Source of the DNA: Podarcis vaucheri | Taxonomy: Eukaryota | Reading direction: 5' to 3' (one strand) | Assembly: GCA_965113315.1 (NCBI GenBank) | Contig: OZ220369.1 | Length of the DNA stretch: 64,000 nucleotides | Shown: in pieces, positions 36,181 through 49,304 of the stretch | Layout of the letters: every line of letters begins with the position of its first letter | How positions within the stretch are numbered: the stretch's first letter is position 1 | Position numbers and translations under genes: made by a program | The notes under the pieces: model-generated | The model's database searches: none | Told to the model about the DNA's origin: nothing | Seen by the model: only the letters and a program-made list of their open reading frames with translations

Positions 36181-36627
36181 CAATTACAAGTGCCTACAAA
36201 GCCAAAGGACACACGATGGGAGGAGTCTGACTGCTGCATCTCTGCACGAGACAGTTCTGAATCTGCTTCACTTCAGTCAGACTCCGCTGGGGGTAGATCA
36301 CTCTGGGCACGGCCTCTGCAGTTGCTCCCAGTGCAGAGGCACAGAGAGGGTTCCTGCTCTCAGAGGTGGCTGTCTCGCTGCCTGCTCCGTCCAGTGAGAA
36401 GGCACAGCCACGTTACCAAACTCTGGCAGAGACACAGCTGGTGATGCCAAGCCTCTGCTGCAAGAGTCCTGAGCGGAGGAGGATCTGGATCTGCCTCGAG
36501 GGAACCATGTGGAGGAACAGGTGGGGTCAGGCAAGGCCGAGCCTGGACTGTCAGGCCCTACAGCCTTCCAGCTGCCACCATCTCTGACAGAGAGAGGGAA
36601 GCCTGAGAGAGTGCCAGAACACGAAGG

Positions 36628-37075
36628 AACATAAGGACATGAGAAGAGCCTGCTGGATCAGGCCAGTGGCCCATCTGGTCCACCATCCTCTTCTTATAGT
36701 GGCCAACCAGATCCCTCTGGGAAACTGGCAAGCAGGACCCGAGCACAAGGGCCCTCTTCCCGTCTTCACTTTGCAGCAGCTGGCACTCAGAAGCATTGCT
36801 GCCTCCCACTGCTGAGGGGCTTAGCCATTATGACTAGCAGCCATTGAAAGCCGCCTCCTCTAGGAATCTGTGTCTTAAAAGAGAATCCTCTTTTAAAGCC
36901 ATCCAGGCTGGTAGCCATCACAGCCTCCTGTGGAAGGGAGTTCCGCAGGTTAACTATGCGCTTCAGGAAGAAGGGCTTTCCTTTATTTGTCCCGAATCTT
37001 CTAGCATTCAGCTTTCATGTTCCCTGAGTTCCCATGTTATGAAAGAGGGAGGAAAACTTTCCCCCAGCCACTTTG
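36628..37075 (-). mobile_element. CR1 LINE 3' fragment
   Basis: aacataaggacatgagaagagcctgctggatcaggcc tail and ttttaaagccatcc...gggagttcc ORF2 end on -. Confidence 0.7.
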
Positions 37076-37114
37076 CAACCTTTCCTCATGTTCCCTGATG
37101 GAAGAAATTTATTA

Positions 37115-37356
37115 CAGTGGTACCTCGGGTTACATACCCTTCAGGTTACATACGCTTCAGGTTACAGACTTCGCTAACCCAGAAATAGTGCTTCAGGTTA
37201 AGAACTTTGCTTCAGGATGAGAACAGAAATCGTGCTCCGGCGGCGCAGCAGCAGCAGGAGGCCCCATTAGCTAAAGTGGTGCTTCAGGTTAAGAACAGTT
37301 TCAGGTTAAGAACAGACCTCCGGAACGAATTAAGTACTTAACCTGAGGTACCACTG
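37115..37356 (+). mobile_element. Tc1/mariner MITE, same family, copy B
   Basis: TIRs with TA TSD at 37113-37114 and 37357-37358; internal (cttcaggtta) repeats. Confidence 0.92.
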
Positions 37357-37846
37357 TATCTGCTTCTCCAAGATGTAGGGCCAGAACCAGTATTTTTAAA
37401 CCACAAGAACTGAAATTAGGAAGGACTTCCAAGAGCTGTTCTCATTTGGAAACTGATAGACTCTCCTTGGTTTTTGAACAGAGGGTGGATGATCACTTAT
37501 CGGTGATGCAGTTACAGTGGGTTGTGAGTGGGTTGAATTAGACGAATTTCTAGTTCTTATGACTCCAAAAACTAGATCCAGGGGAAAGGTGAGACAATAT
37601 CACATTTTTGTCTGGATTTCATACATTCAAGTCACCGATGTCAAGCAACTAACTGCACTGACTCACACAGCTGCAGTATTCTTTTACCCTACTAATCAGC
37701 AGAAATGGTTCCCAGAGGGGAAAAGTCATGACACAAAAGGAAAAATAGATGGGTAGGGAGAAGAAAATAAGCTAACTCTAGCAGCTAAAGTTCCTAAAGT
37801 TAAGCAGTAGTTCTTACAATGACCACTGGAATGGAAATAGCACAGA

Positions 37847-37853
37847 CTCTCTC

Positions 37854-37911
<58 letters not shown>
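37847..37911. repeat. Compound (CT)n(GT)n microsatellite
   Basis: Read directly. Confidence 0.95.
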
Positions 37912-37913
<2 letters not shown>

Positions 37914-38259
37914 TGAGAGGGGGGGCTGGGGCTGGGGGCTCTTTGACTGTCCTCTGGTTAGTTTACAGAATCAGGCCCTGCAGGCACAGTCAAAATTCTG
38001 TTCCCTGTCTGCATTCTTTTGCTGCTCCAAGGCCACTGGTAGTTAATTTTTAATACCGGGGAAGTAGGCAAAGCTCTGGGAAGCTGTTTTACTGGCCCAG
38101 GGAGACATGCAATGCTGAAGTCTGAGTCAGGCCATCAGAGCACCCTGTGCTGTACTCTGACTCACAGCCCCTCTCCAAGGTCTCGGGAGGCAGTCGTGAT
38201 CTTTGCTCGGCAATCTGCCTTTTCCCTTTCATCCACGCGAGAGCCATCCCAGGGAACTG

Positions 38260-38952
38260 CGTTAGAAGTTTATAAAATTATGCCTGGCATGGACAAAGCG
38301 GGTAGAGAACATTTTAGTGCAGTGGTACCTCGGGTTAAGAACTTAATTCGTTCCGGAGGTCCATTCTTAACCTGAAACTGTTTTTAACCTGAAGCACCAC
38401 TTTAGCTAATGGGGCCTCCTGCTGCTACTGCGCCGCTGTTCTCATCTTGAAGCAAAGTTCTTAACCCGAGGTACTATTTCTGGGTTAGCGGAGTCTGTAA
38501 CCTGAAGCGCCTGTAACCCGAGGTACCACTTTAGCAAGGCCAGCAAGAGTCAACAGGACAGAGGTTTATTTTTTTCTCCCTCTCTCATAATACTAGAACT
38601 GGCAGGCATCCAACAAAGCTGAGATGTGGGGAAATTCGGGAAAGGTAAAAGAAAGTACTTCCTTCCTGCAGTGCATTGTTAAACTATGGAACTCACTTCC
38701 ACAGGAGGCCGTGAGGGCCACCAACTTGGATGGCCTTAAAAGAGGATTGGATAAATTCCTGGAGGAAAAGGCTACTAGATGGCTAATAGCCATGACAGCT
38801 CCACAATTCTGAAGGCCAGTTGCTGAAAGCCGCAGGAGGGGAGAGGGATTTCTGATCAGGTCTCCCATTGAGGCATCTGGTTGGCCACTGTGAGAACATG
38901 ATGCTGGACTAGATGTGCCTCGGGCCTGATCCTGCAGGCTCTTCTGATGTTC
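38260..38952 (+). mobile_element. CR1 LINE 3' fragment interrupted by MITE copy C
   Basis: EVYKIMPGMDK at the 5' side; ORF 38624..38812 IVKLWNSLPQEAVRATNLDGLKRGLDKFLEEK. Confidence 0.8.
38320..38531 (-). mobile_element. Tc1/mariner MITE, same family, copy C (inverted relative to A/B)
   Basis: cagtggtacctcgggttaagaacttaattcg...taacccgaggtaccactt. Confidence 0.88.
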
Positions 38953-40059
38953 TGAATGAAGCACTCTTCCAGTTGCAGGGCATGCGCAGCACTACTTAAA
39001 ACTTTCCTGGCAACCCACACATCAGCCAGGAGCACCCTCTCTCTGCAACCCAGGGGCATGTCTAGGGTTCTTCTTCCAGCTGGCAGCTGTGCAACAGACA
39101 GTATCTCACTGCTATCTACTCAAGCGACCTAAGTCAATGGCTGTTTTGATTGAAATGCCTTTAGATCAGCCCTTTGCCAGGCTGGTGCCCTCCAGATGTT
39201 TTGGACAACATCGGGCTGCAGAGGGTTATTGGGAAGTGTCACACAAAACATCTGGAAGGAACCAGCTTGGCAAAGGGTGCTTTAAATAGTATCTTACGAG
39301 TATGAGATAATTAGCTTTTTTCCAATTCAGGGAACAGACAAATATCATTCTACAAGGGTTTTTTAAATGGCCCTCTAATTAACAGATAACAGAAGAGAGG
39401 AATTTGCTGAAACATTTGCTATTTTAAACAGATGGAAATTCAAAAGGTGGAGGAAAACGAGATAAGTTGATTTTATTTTATTTTTGCTAGCAAAGAAAGT
39501 GTGACAGAAATTCACTTTAGAAACAAATTGTGTGTTTTTAATGGAAGGTGTCTCTGCATCTTTCATCACAAGATGGCACTATTAACTAGAAAGACTTGGC
39601 AAATTTCTTGTGAGTGACTGAATTTTCATATATGGATACAGAGAACTCAGATGCCCTTTTCTCTTTGCAGATCAAGGCACGTCAGTGACAGCAAAGACCA
39701 CAGCTTTTATAAGCAGCTGTCGTTAAAATAAGGACCGAAGTGACACTCTGGATGTTAAATTGTAATAAATTTTAATTAAGTGTGGCAATTTTAACTGGAT
39801 AGCGCACAAATTACAATAGTAGGTGTTTTAATGTAGTTTGGAAGTTTCTTCTTGCTTTGTTGTGTTTATACATATTTGTAGTTTGTGCTGAAACTGAAAC
39901 TGCAATGGCAAGTGGCCAATGCAAATAAGTGTCAGCCGACACCTCTTGAGGCATTTGAGTGAACATGTGGGGGCTTAAATTCTATCTCATTCTCTATAGT
40001 GTGCCAGTTCATGTATTCTGTGCACCTGAATGGAACTATCCCAGCCCTTTTCCAAGAGA

Positions 40060-40280
40060 GCCACCAGCACGGTATAGTGATTAAAGTACCGGACAAGGAC
40101 CTGGGAGAGACTAGGGTTCAAATCCCCCACTCTGCCATGAAGCTCACTGAGTGGCCTTGGGCAAGTGACTGCCTCTCAGCCTAACCTACATCACAGGGTG
40201 GTTGGGGGGAGGAGTTAAATAAGCTGTGGGGAGGAACTATGTACACCCCCTTGAGCTCCTTGGAGAAAAAGGTAGGGTGT
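40060..40280 (+). mobile_element. Squamate tRNA-derived SINE (Squam-type)
   Basis: cggtatagtgattaaag A-box, gggttcaaatcccc B-box, same body as 24050-24270. Confidence 0.8.
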
Positions 40281-40527
40281 CTGGGTAACAGCAGCACACT
40301 ACCATTTGTATTCAAAAGGAAGACAACCAAATGCACATGGGAGCAACATTCTTTCTTTGTCCTGTCTCAAATGTGGTACCCTCCAGATCTTGTTGGACTA
40401 CAGTTCCCATCATTCCTGACCATTGGCCATGCTGGCTGGGACAGATGAGTTGTCCAACACCTGCATCTGCAGGCTGCAGAAGGCTTATCTATCTTTTGTC
40501 TTTGCAAACCAACCCAAGAATTTAAAA

Positions 40528-40834
40528 CAGGGGTCAGCAAACTTTTTCAGCAGGGGGCCAGTCCACTGTCCCTCAGACCATGGGGGGGGGGCAGACTATA
40601 TTTGGGAAAAAATAATAATGAACGAATTCCTATGCCCCACAAATAACCCAGAGATGCATTTTAAATAAAAGCACACATTGTACTCATGTAAAAACACCAG
40701 GCAGGCCCCACAAATAACCCAGAGATGCATTTTAAATAAAAGGACACATTCTACTCCTGTAAAATCATGCTGGGCCAGATTTAGAAGGCGACTGGGCCGG
40801 ATCTGACCCCTGGGCATTAGTTTGCCTACCCATG
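40528..40834. mobile_element. hAT (Charlie-like) non-autonomous element
   Basis: TIRs caggggtcagcaaact / agtttgcctacccatg; perfect 8-bp TSD ATTTAAAA; internal tandem duplication of about 70 bp. Confidence 0.88.
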
Positions 40835-41718
40835 ATTTAAAAGTTTCCTCTCTTTTTGGCGACAATCTAACAGACTGCATGGACTCAGGGTTTTACTCAG
40901 GGCTCTCCCCCCCCCCCGGCTGGAACTCACTGGAATTGAGTTTCGCCACCTATTTGGTGAGTTCTGGCACCCCCATAGTCATGGCACGGTGGCACATTGC
41001 TCGAGGGTGTGCTCCAGAGGCGATTGGTGCAGCTGGGTGGCAGCGGAGGGTGAGCAGGTGAAGAAGAGAAGCCCCCCCCCTTTAAAAAGCCCTGAATATA
41101 CATATAATTTTTCAGTTTTAGCAAACCATTTAATGAATTTTAAAGTGTTCTGTACAATCAGTTTGCAAGATCCTCTGAGCCGCGTAACATAAACGGCTTG
41201 ACAGAAACAGGAAAATAAAGACTGAAAGGATACTTCAGAAATGGGAGTACGAGATATTAAAATGGAAACCTTTGCACTTTAAATGTGTAACCTTTGCTTG
41301 AGGTAAGAAGAGCTTAAATTCCTAATGGAATGAGGCTAATCTGGTAGAAGCAGAAAATCGGATTTTTATCCAGTTTATTGAGCACATTTTTATGTTTTTC
41401 CTTATCAATTTGAAATTTCGCAGGCATGAAAAATCGACAGGCAGAGAAATTTTAATCAATACAACCAGAATCTACAGGTATCTTTTTATGTAATTGAAAG
41501 CTAACTGCTTTGTATCACAACTACGGTTACTATTAGCTGCCTCTGATGTCTTTTGCAACAGAAAGGTGGGAGTAAAAAAATATGTATGTATGTATTTTAT
41601 TTTATTTATTTATTTATTTATTATGCTTATATCCTGATCTTCCCTTCAAAAGAGCCCAGGGTGGCAAACAATAAGTGATAAAACAATAAAAATGTATTGC
41701 AAAGAGTTGCAATACAGA

Positions 41719-42317
41719 CATAGCTGTCAACTTATAAATTTGAAAATAAGGGACCAGCAGCCTTAAAAATAAGGGACCAGCAGCCAAAATAAGGGACCTG
41801 CAGCCTCACCTGTTCCAGGCACTCCAGTCTTCCTGTCCTCCTGCAGTCTGGTCAAACTCATGCTGGTAGCTTCAAGAACATTGTCCAACCAACTTTGTAA
41901 CCAGAGGTTCAACTGAATAGAATCTGAATCACATTGCAGGCCTATGCAGCCTCAACTTAAGATGGCTCCCCGGCCTGGCTTTGCACTGCAAAGTTTGCAG
42001 CAGCACGTGCAACAAAATGGCGTCCAGCATTCAAAACCCCCCTCAGCTTGCATTAACTATCCACACACAAGGCATGCAAGCTCCACCCCCCCAGTCGTTC
42101 TTAGACTTCTTATTGGGTGAGCAACACAGCCAAGCAACACTGTTGGAGCCTCCCTCCTCCCTGGCCGGCAGGGAGGGAGGGAGAGGAGCTGCTTCCTTTG
42201 AAATTTAAGGGACATTTAAGGGACATTTAAGGGACATCCATCAATAAGGGACAGCAGCGGGACATGGCGCTGGAATAAGGGACTGTCCCTTCAAATAAGG
42301 GACACTTGACAGCTATG
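41719..42317. mobile_element. hAT non-autonomous element (599 bp) with AATAAGGGAC subterminal repeats
   Basis: Perfect 12-bp TIR CATAGCTGTCAA / TTGACAGCTATG; perfect 8-bp TSD AATACAGA at 41711-41718 and 42318-42325; sits inside a decayed L2-like 3' end (about 41596-42545). Confidence 0.9.
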
Positions 42318-45300
42318 AATACAGATGCAAAATGGGATATAAAGATCTCAACTTAAAAGGATTGTTGAAAGAGGAAGTTGGGAAGGCAACAGAGAGGGTG
42401 CCTGTCTAATATTCATGGGGAAGGAATTGAAGAGAGTTGGGCCACTACAGCAAAGGCTTGACTCCTACATTGCGCAGAATGGACCTCCCAATAAGATGTT
42501 GCCTGCAGAGTGCTGTGATCTATAAGAGGGGAGGTGATCTTTCTAGTATTATTACTATTACTATTATTTTATTATTTTGCAAGGCTGCTTGGAAGTAAAC
42601 AAGAAGAACCTTCAAAATCTCCCAGGAAAATGCAAAACCAAGCAGTGAGTACAATGATATAAACCAGAACTACGCCTTTTTAAAAAGGCTTTTAACGTGA
42701 GCAAATATACCTAACTGATGCTTCATATACAATGTCTGAACATCATCTGAGGCAGTTTTGCGGAAGGCGGGAGAGAACACCTAAGATCCTATTACGGTAA
42801 ATGACGAAAATGACATTCTCACTTTTTAATGCAACGTCGCCACCATCTGGACAAACAGATCCTAGCACCAAATATTTTCAAACCGTTCCCCTGAACGTAT
42901 GGTGTGCATGTCTCAAGATCTGCCAGGAATATGTCTTTTCTGCTCCTCAATGTGCTTAGGAACCATGTGTGACCATGCCCGAAACAATGGACCAAAAGGA
43001 CATTTCCTTCGCAGCAGAATCAACCACTTTTGAAAAGGGAAAGGTTCTATAGTTATTAAAAAACCTTCTGGAGTTTAGCAAGTGGCAAATGAATCTGACT
43101 GCAGAGGGATCCTATTCACAAGTGATACCCACTGGTCAGGATATGATCACCTGCAAAGCCCTTTGAATCACCAGCATACACATGACCACTGATGATCTAT
43201 GGTGGAGTAACTATGCCTGGGGAAACACTCATGTCCATTAAAAGACACCCCACTTAAGTGGGAAAATGTGGTGTACTGCTCTTTATGAGGACCTGAGTGC
43301 AGCTACGGGCAGCCCAGCCACTTCCAGAGAAAGGAAGCCCCCTGCTGCCACTCACCCCCCTTTCTGACCACAGGAGTGGAGCTGGCATGGGCTGGAGCTG
43401 GGATTTCCCCCTCCTGCCCCTATATAGTGTAGACCTAACTTTTATACATACTAGGAAAGCAAAATAAAGATAAAATGTGCAACTCGCTTTATTGGTGTAT
43501 TAGCTTTCTTGCAGGGGTCTGGAACCGAACCTGTTATATCTCTAAGGTATGCCTGTATATACAGTTATTATTATTTCAAGATTATCTGCTTGGGGCTAGA
43601 AAACCTGCCAAGTTTAGCTAACACAATGTTGGATTTTATCTACAAGGTATTTATCAAAAGAATGAACAACATCTGATAAAAAAAGGCAAAGAAGCAACAT
43701 CTGAAAAAAGGAGCTGCTCTCCTTCCCTTTGGGCAATCCAGCTTTTCATCTCACTCTGCATTTTGCACTGTGCAAAAAAAAAGGGTGGGGTGGGGGGAGG
43801 GAGAGAAAGAAGCCCTTATTTCATCTGCGGTTAGTGAAATTGTTTACTCCCTCTCTCTCCTCCCGCTAGTGCTTCCTAGGACTCAGTGAAACTGGCTGGT
43901 CCCTTGAATTACCTGGCCTACGGCTGCATCCCCACCTTCCCTGGCCACTGGACTTCTTTGGTGGAATCAGGCAGATAGAGCTGCCACACCCTCTTCTCTC
44001 AGTGTTGTGGAGAGTTCGTTTTGGAGGAATATATGGTACTGGGGAGCCTTGTAAAGCAGAGCAGGTGGGTGGCATTTGTGCTGGTGGAAAGAGATCTATC
44101 TTGTGACTCTGTTCAGAAATACAGCCTGCGCACTGGTGAGAGGGAACAGAAGGATCAAACTCAACCTTACAGATTCCTCTGGCATACTGCAACCCGAGGT
44201 ATATGGGGGCAGTCTCTTTTAGAAAGGAAACAAAAAAAACCCCCCACGCAAACAAGGAGCTCTGCAACTCATATTTCAAAAAGCAACAAGATTTTGCTTC
44301 GGGGGTTCTTACAACGGCGCCAGGTACATCTATGTAGCGTGCCTGAGGAACGCGATGTTCAAAGAGGATCAGAAAGAGTACAAGGCTCCTACGTGACTCC
44401 TTTTGTATCGCAGCAGTTCTCCCGCCCATTGCCTTTTTTTTTTTTTTTTGCTAGGCTCTTAGAAGTTCTGTGCATGGAAACTGAAAAACCACAGGGACAA
44501 AATTTTTGCAATGGGCACAGCATGTCCCACTTACGACAGTGCAAGAGAGAGAAATGATTTCTGGGGAGGGCAGAAAGGCAGAGATCCGAGTAATACGTCA
44601 CAGAAATATGCAGTGGGTGATCTCAATGACAACTGGGGAACGTTCATTTGGTCAGCCAGCACACAATTCTTTCCCCTTGGACTTTACCAGGGAAGCGTGG
44701 CTTTACATTACACCGAGATTGTGTGCAAGCCAGCACTTCTTGGGGTTTTCCGACAGAGGGCTCCCCTGAACTATACAACAAAAAGGCTGAGCAAAATTCC
44801 AAACAAGGTATATTCAGCAGACACTAACTTTGTTACAGCTTTACGGGTGCAGATGTGCAAATGACATGATTACTGCTGGGAGATACAGCTATCTGGACTA
44901 ATAAACTAGCCTTACAAGCAAAGCAACTATTAAATGAGAGTCTTAACATACAAACACAGAAGTTAGTATTCTGAGAGGCAACTTGGAAATGTAAAGAGAA
45001 CTGGAAATCTTTTGCATGCAGCTGAGTTAGACTTCGAAGCTGCATCGGTAGAGAAAGGAGACTTCATAGCTGGCGGGGGTGGGGTGGGGAGGAAGGGTAG
45101 ATGAAACCAGCAACTAATGTCTGAATGGTGTAGTTAGGTGTTTTTTTAAAGTGTTGGCCCATGTGTGTGGATGTGCGAGGGCATTTGATGCTCTGCTTCA
45201 GTCAGCAAATCGTCTTGGGCCAACAGTGATGGAAGTCAACATGCAATTCAACCCCAAACAAACAGACTAGAGATCAGAAACCAAACCTGGACTCATGCTC

Positions 45301-46057
45301 ATTTGATTTAAGAAAATGTGGCAAGCACATCCTCCAATCACTACTGAGATCTGGACCAAAAATGAATCAATCCTCTAGCTAGAAATTTCCAAGCATCCAC
45401 TACAAATCCACATATGAACAGAATCCATCTTCTGCCCAGCCTTCTGCCCAAAGAAAATGGTCCAATAACTAACAATTACGCTGCTACTTTATTTTAAAAT
45501 ACTGGCTTTGGGTTTAAATACTAAACAGTTCCAAAACTGGGGGTTTATTGTGTTTTTGTTGTGTAAGCCATCTTGGCTGTGAGTCCTGGAAGACCTGCTC
45601 CCTGACTTGCAGGCTTTTACCCACCTGGTCTGGGAGGACAGAGCCCTGACTCCAGCTACAAAAACTGAGGCTGCAGAAGAAGCCAGAGACCCTCCTGGCT
45701 GTCTCCTATCGTAGACCCAGGTCATCAAGCCTGAGCTTCCATAGCCACTGCCCGCCATGAACCACCATTGGCAGGACTGGCAGCAACAGCAGCAGATACG
45801 TTCTATTATTAGGATAATATCTTACTCTCTTCTTAATTATGCTGTGTTAAATGTGCATTTTACATTTGTCTTCCTTTAGTAATGTCTTCTTTCAAAATGT
45901 TTAATGTATTATTTTGTTAACTTTGCTGCGTCAAATGTGCACTCTGTAGTTGACATCTCTCAAAAAGTTTTATTTTGAAACCTTTAAGATAATATTTTAG
46001 TCTCCTGTTAATTATGTTGCTTTGAATGTATACTTTATACTTTGGTGCCAGGACAGG

Positions 46058-46058
<1 letters not shown>

Positions 46059-46100
<42 letters not shown>
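46059..46100. repeat. (ATT)n microsatellite about 45 nt into PEPD intron 11
   Basis: About 14 units. Confidence 0.95.
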
Positions 46101-46102
<2 letters not shown>

Positions 46103-46145
46103 GCATGGTAGACATAGTTCTATCACAGAGGAATCTTTTACTCAC

Positions 46146-46223
46146 CACAAGTCTCCATCTTCAATGGTTTTCTCATTTGGCGCGCCAGCATGTCCGTAGT
46201 GCAGAACTGAGCTATTATGCCCA
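46146..46223 (-). CDS. PEPD: Prolidase exon 11 (78 nt): (S)[25 protein letters not shown](C)
   Basis: ttatttttgctgtttcag|T ... TG|gtgagt; [11 protein letters not shown] motif (H255 equivalent); phase 2/2; not in the ORF track in this frame. Confidence 0.97.
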
Positions 46224-46440
46224 CTGAAACAGCAAAAATAATGACATATATATGAATCAGTAGTCTTAAACACAGAGAAAGGAAACATAATCCAGTGTAT
46301 GGGGGAGAAAATCTGCACACGTTAACAAGCAGGCAAGCATTTCTGCACACAGAGTAGCTCAGTCTTCCCCATCCTGTTCTGGCTGGGGCAGAAGGGAGAC
46401 GTTTGGTTTGATGCTGGCTCAACTTACACTGCCATGCCTT

Positions 46441-46963
46441 CAGGGCCGGATTTAGGTTTGATGGGGCCCTTAGCTACTGAAGGTAATGGGGCCCTTTATA
46501 TGTCCAGCTGTCCTTTGTCAACAACAAATTGTCCCTGCTTTTTGTGTTGAATATATGCTATATGACAGGGGTCGCCAAACCTTTTCAGCAGGGGGCCAGT
46601 CCACTGTCCCTCAGACCATGTGGGGGGCCAGACTATATTTTGAAAAAATATATATGAATGAATTCCTATGCCCCACAAATAACCCAGAGATGCATTTTAA
46701 ATAAAGCACACATTCTACTCATGTAAAAACACGCTGATTCCGGGACTGTCCTCGGGCCGGATTTGGAAGTCGATTGGGCCGCATCCGGCCCCTGGGCCTT
46801 AGTTTGCCTACCCATGCTATATGGTAATTTATGGACCTAATAGGTATCTAAAGCCATTTTATTGGTTTTATCTTATATTTTGGAAATGTGCATTCAGTTT
46901 TCCCCCCAAGAGAGTGGGGCCCTAAGCTATAGCTTGTTTAGCTTATACGTAAATTCGGCATTG
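46441..46963. mobile_element. hAT-type MITE containing a nested element
   Basis: TIR-like cagggccggatttag / gtaaattcggcattg; TSD catgcctt / actgcctt (6/8). Confidence 0.65.
46566..46816. mobile_element. hAT element, same family as 40528-40834, nested in 46441-46963
   Basis: caggggtcgccaaacc...agtttgcctacccatg; TSD ctatatga / ctatatgg. Confidence 0.85.
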
Positions 46964-49304
46964 ACTGCCTTACACCAGTTTCTTATGCATAGGCCTGCTC
47001 CCTGGGTGCTTTTTTCTTGCTTTGAAAATGGGGTTAAATTTGAGGTGAAGGGGGAGGGGAAATGAAAAACAGAACCACCTAAGAAATGAGAGAGAGAGAG
47101 AGAGTGTGTTTCCTGCTGTGTTGGGAATTCTCTTTGCAGCACAAAGTGTCACCGGCAGTAGTACAAGTCAAATACATTGTCATATTTGGTCTCTTTACCT
47201 TTTTTGTGGAGCACACAAAAAGGCTAGCTTTGACCAAAGGAGTCAGAAAAGTACTTTTGTTCTTACAACCCATGCAAAAGTGCTGAATCAGACGGGAGGC
47301 AGGAAGAGGGACATGGGTGTTTGCCCCTCACTTCTGAAGGTTCCTGTGATCCACTCAGTGACCTAGTTTTGGTTCCGGCTCTTTTTACTCCGTCTATTGA
47401 TATTCCTTGAGGTCCAAACGTTAAGTTAAAAGGAAGGAACAAAACTCACTCGGCTCTGCAGATTTTCTTGTTGCTATTCTCAGCTATAAGCTCTCTGTCC
47501 TTTTAAAGAAATGCTCAAATAATGAAAAAAACCTCATTCAAAGCTCCAAACCGCACACCTCAAGATCTCTCACAGTGCCCATCTGGCCTCTCAACCTCAG
47601 CCGTTAGGTCAAACCTTTTGTACCTAGAATCCAATTTGCTACACGGTTCAAGAGGAAAACTTCAGCAATTTGGACAAAACCCAGAGGGGTGGTTCTATTC
47701 CGGCAGAAGGGAGGACCCTCTGGCACTTCAGAAGAATCGCATGCAAACCGTGCGGCATGAAGGTTTTGTGGGCCAGATTCAGCTTCACCAGCTGATTTGA
47801 AGGAGTGGGTGCTGGCTCTTGAAAGCTCACGAGATCCGGCTGGAATCTACTTTGTCTGTCTTTCCTCTTCCACCAGGCCTTTGGAATCAATTGTCCCCTG
47901 TGCCTACTCTCTCGGCTTCCATTTGTGGAAGAACCAGAGAAAGTAGGATTCTTTCCAATGGCTTTAATATTCAGATTGGTGCGATATGTATGCAAATAGC
48001 TGGCTCGAAGAACCGCAGGCAATGCACACAGTTAATCCAAGGATACACAGAATGATCCAATTACTCAAAGCTTGGACAACTGACCCAACACTGACACACC
48101 CCTTGCAAACCTATATAAATGAGGGCTCAGCTTTGTGAATCCAACAGTTGAGACCTGCCCTGAGACCACTCGTGAGGAGGTGCAGGATATAAATCCTAGA
48201 AAGAAAATAAATGAAATGGCATTTGGTTCAATGTTCTGTTTTATGCTCATACATGTACGTTGTGTGTCACCTTGACATCTTTTTGATGGAGAGAGGTAGA
48301 AACGTATTTTAAATAAAGCATGCTAACAAATATACACTAGTAAGGCAGTACAGAAGCAACAGTCTGAACTAGAGGCATAGATTGAATTATTTTCTTTTTG
48401 TGTGTGAGAGTCCTGCTCATCTCTTTTAGAGCTCATTTAAAGTACTGCAACTGACCTTTAGCATCTACTTATTGAGTTTTAAAATGCAACTTATTTATTA
48501 AAAAGGATAATAATTACTTCTTACTGAATATGATATGATCAGGACTTTCCCTAGGCGTGAGTTATATGGCAAATTTACAAATATTTAAATAATTTAGAAA
48601 GTACACAAAACAAAGCTTGCGTGTCACAGGAAACACAGGAAACTGCCTTATATTGAGTCAGCATGAAGCTCAGTACTGTCTACCCTGATCAGAAGGAATT
48701 TCTCAAAGTTTAAGGCTGGGGGGGGTGTCTTTCCTGACGAAGCTGGGGATTGGACCTTTTGCATGCAAATCAGGTGAGTGATACAGGACTTGGCTGCAGG
48801 AGAACCAGGAAGCTAATTTGGAGATCCTGGATGCATCACTCTCAGGGAGTTTTTGCAATCAACACAGCGAATGTAATTCTCTCGCTAATATGCCTGATTT
48901 GATCTTTTGAATCATTTTGTTGTGGTGGGTCTAATGCAAAAACAAACAAAAACCCCCACAAATAATTAATGCAAATCACATCTCTACCTATCTGGATTCA
49001 TAATTTGAAATGAGCCGACACACTCACGTTCCTGAGCTGGTATGAGTTATTACTTAGTATGAAAGTTCAGGGCTCTCCTCTTGCCGGAGAGACCTCTCAC
49101 AAATTAAAGTGAGATGGGAGGGGGGATGAGGAGAGTGAAAAATATTCTTTGGTGAAAGATCACAAAGCGGGGGCCAGTGATGTTACCTTGGAGATGCATG
49201 GAATTCAGTAAGAATGCCTTGCTCGTGAAAGCAACCTCAGTTTTGCAGAAGAAAGCAAGGTAGAAGCAAGACTAAGGTAAGAAATAATTGTATGTTTACA
49301 ATTA

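Noticed and set aside
43866-48055. Unassigned 120-190 aa ORFs (43866..44429, 44021..44557, 47648..48022) as nested genes or viral inserts
   Set aside because: No recognisable domain, promoter or splice structure; lengths are compatible with chance.
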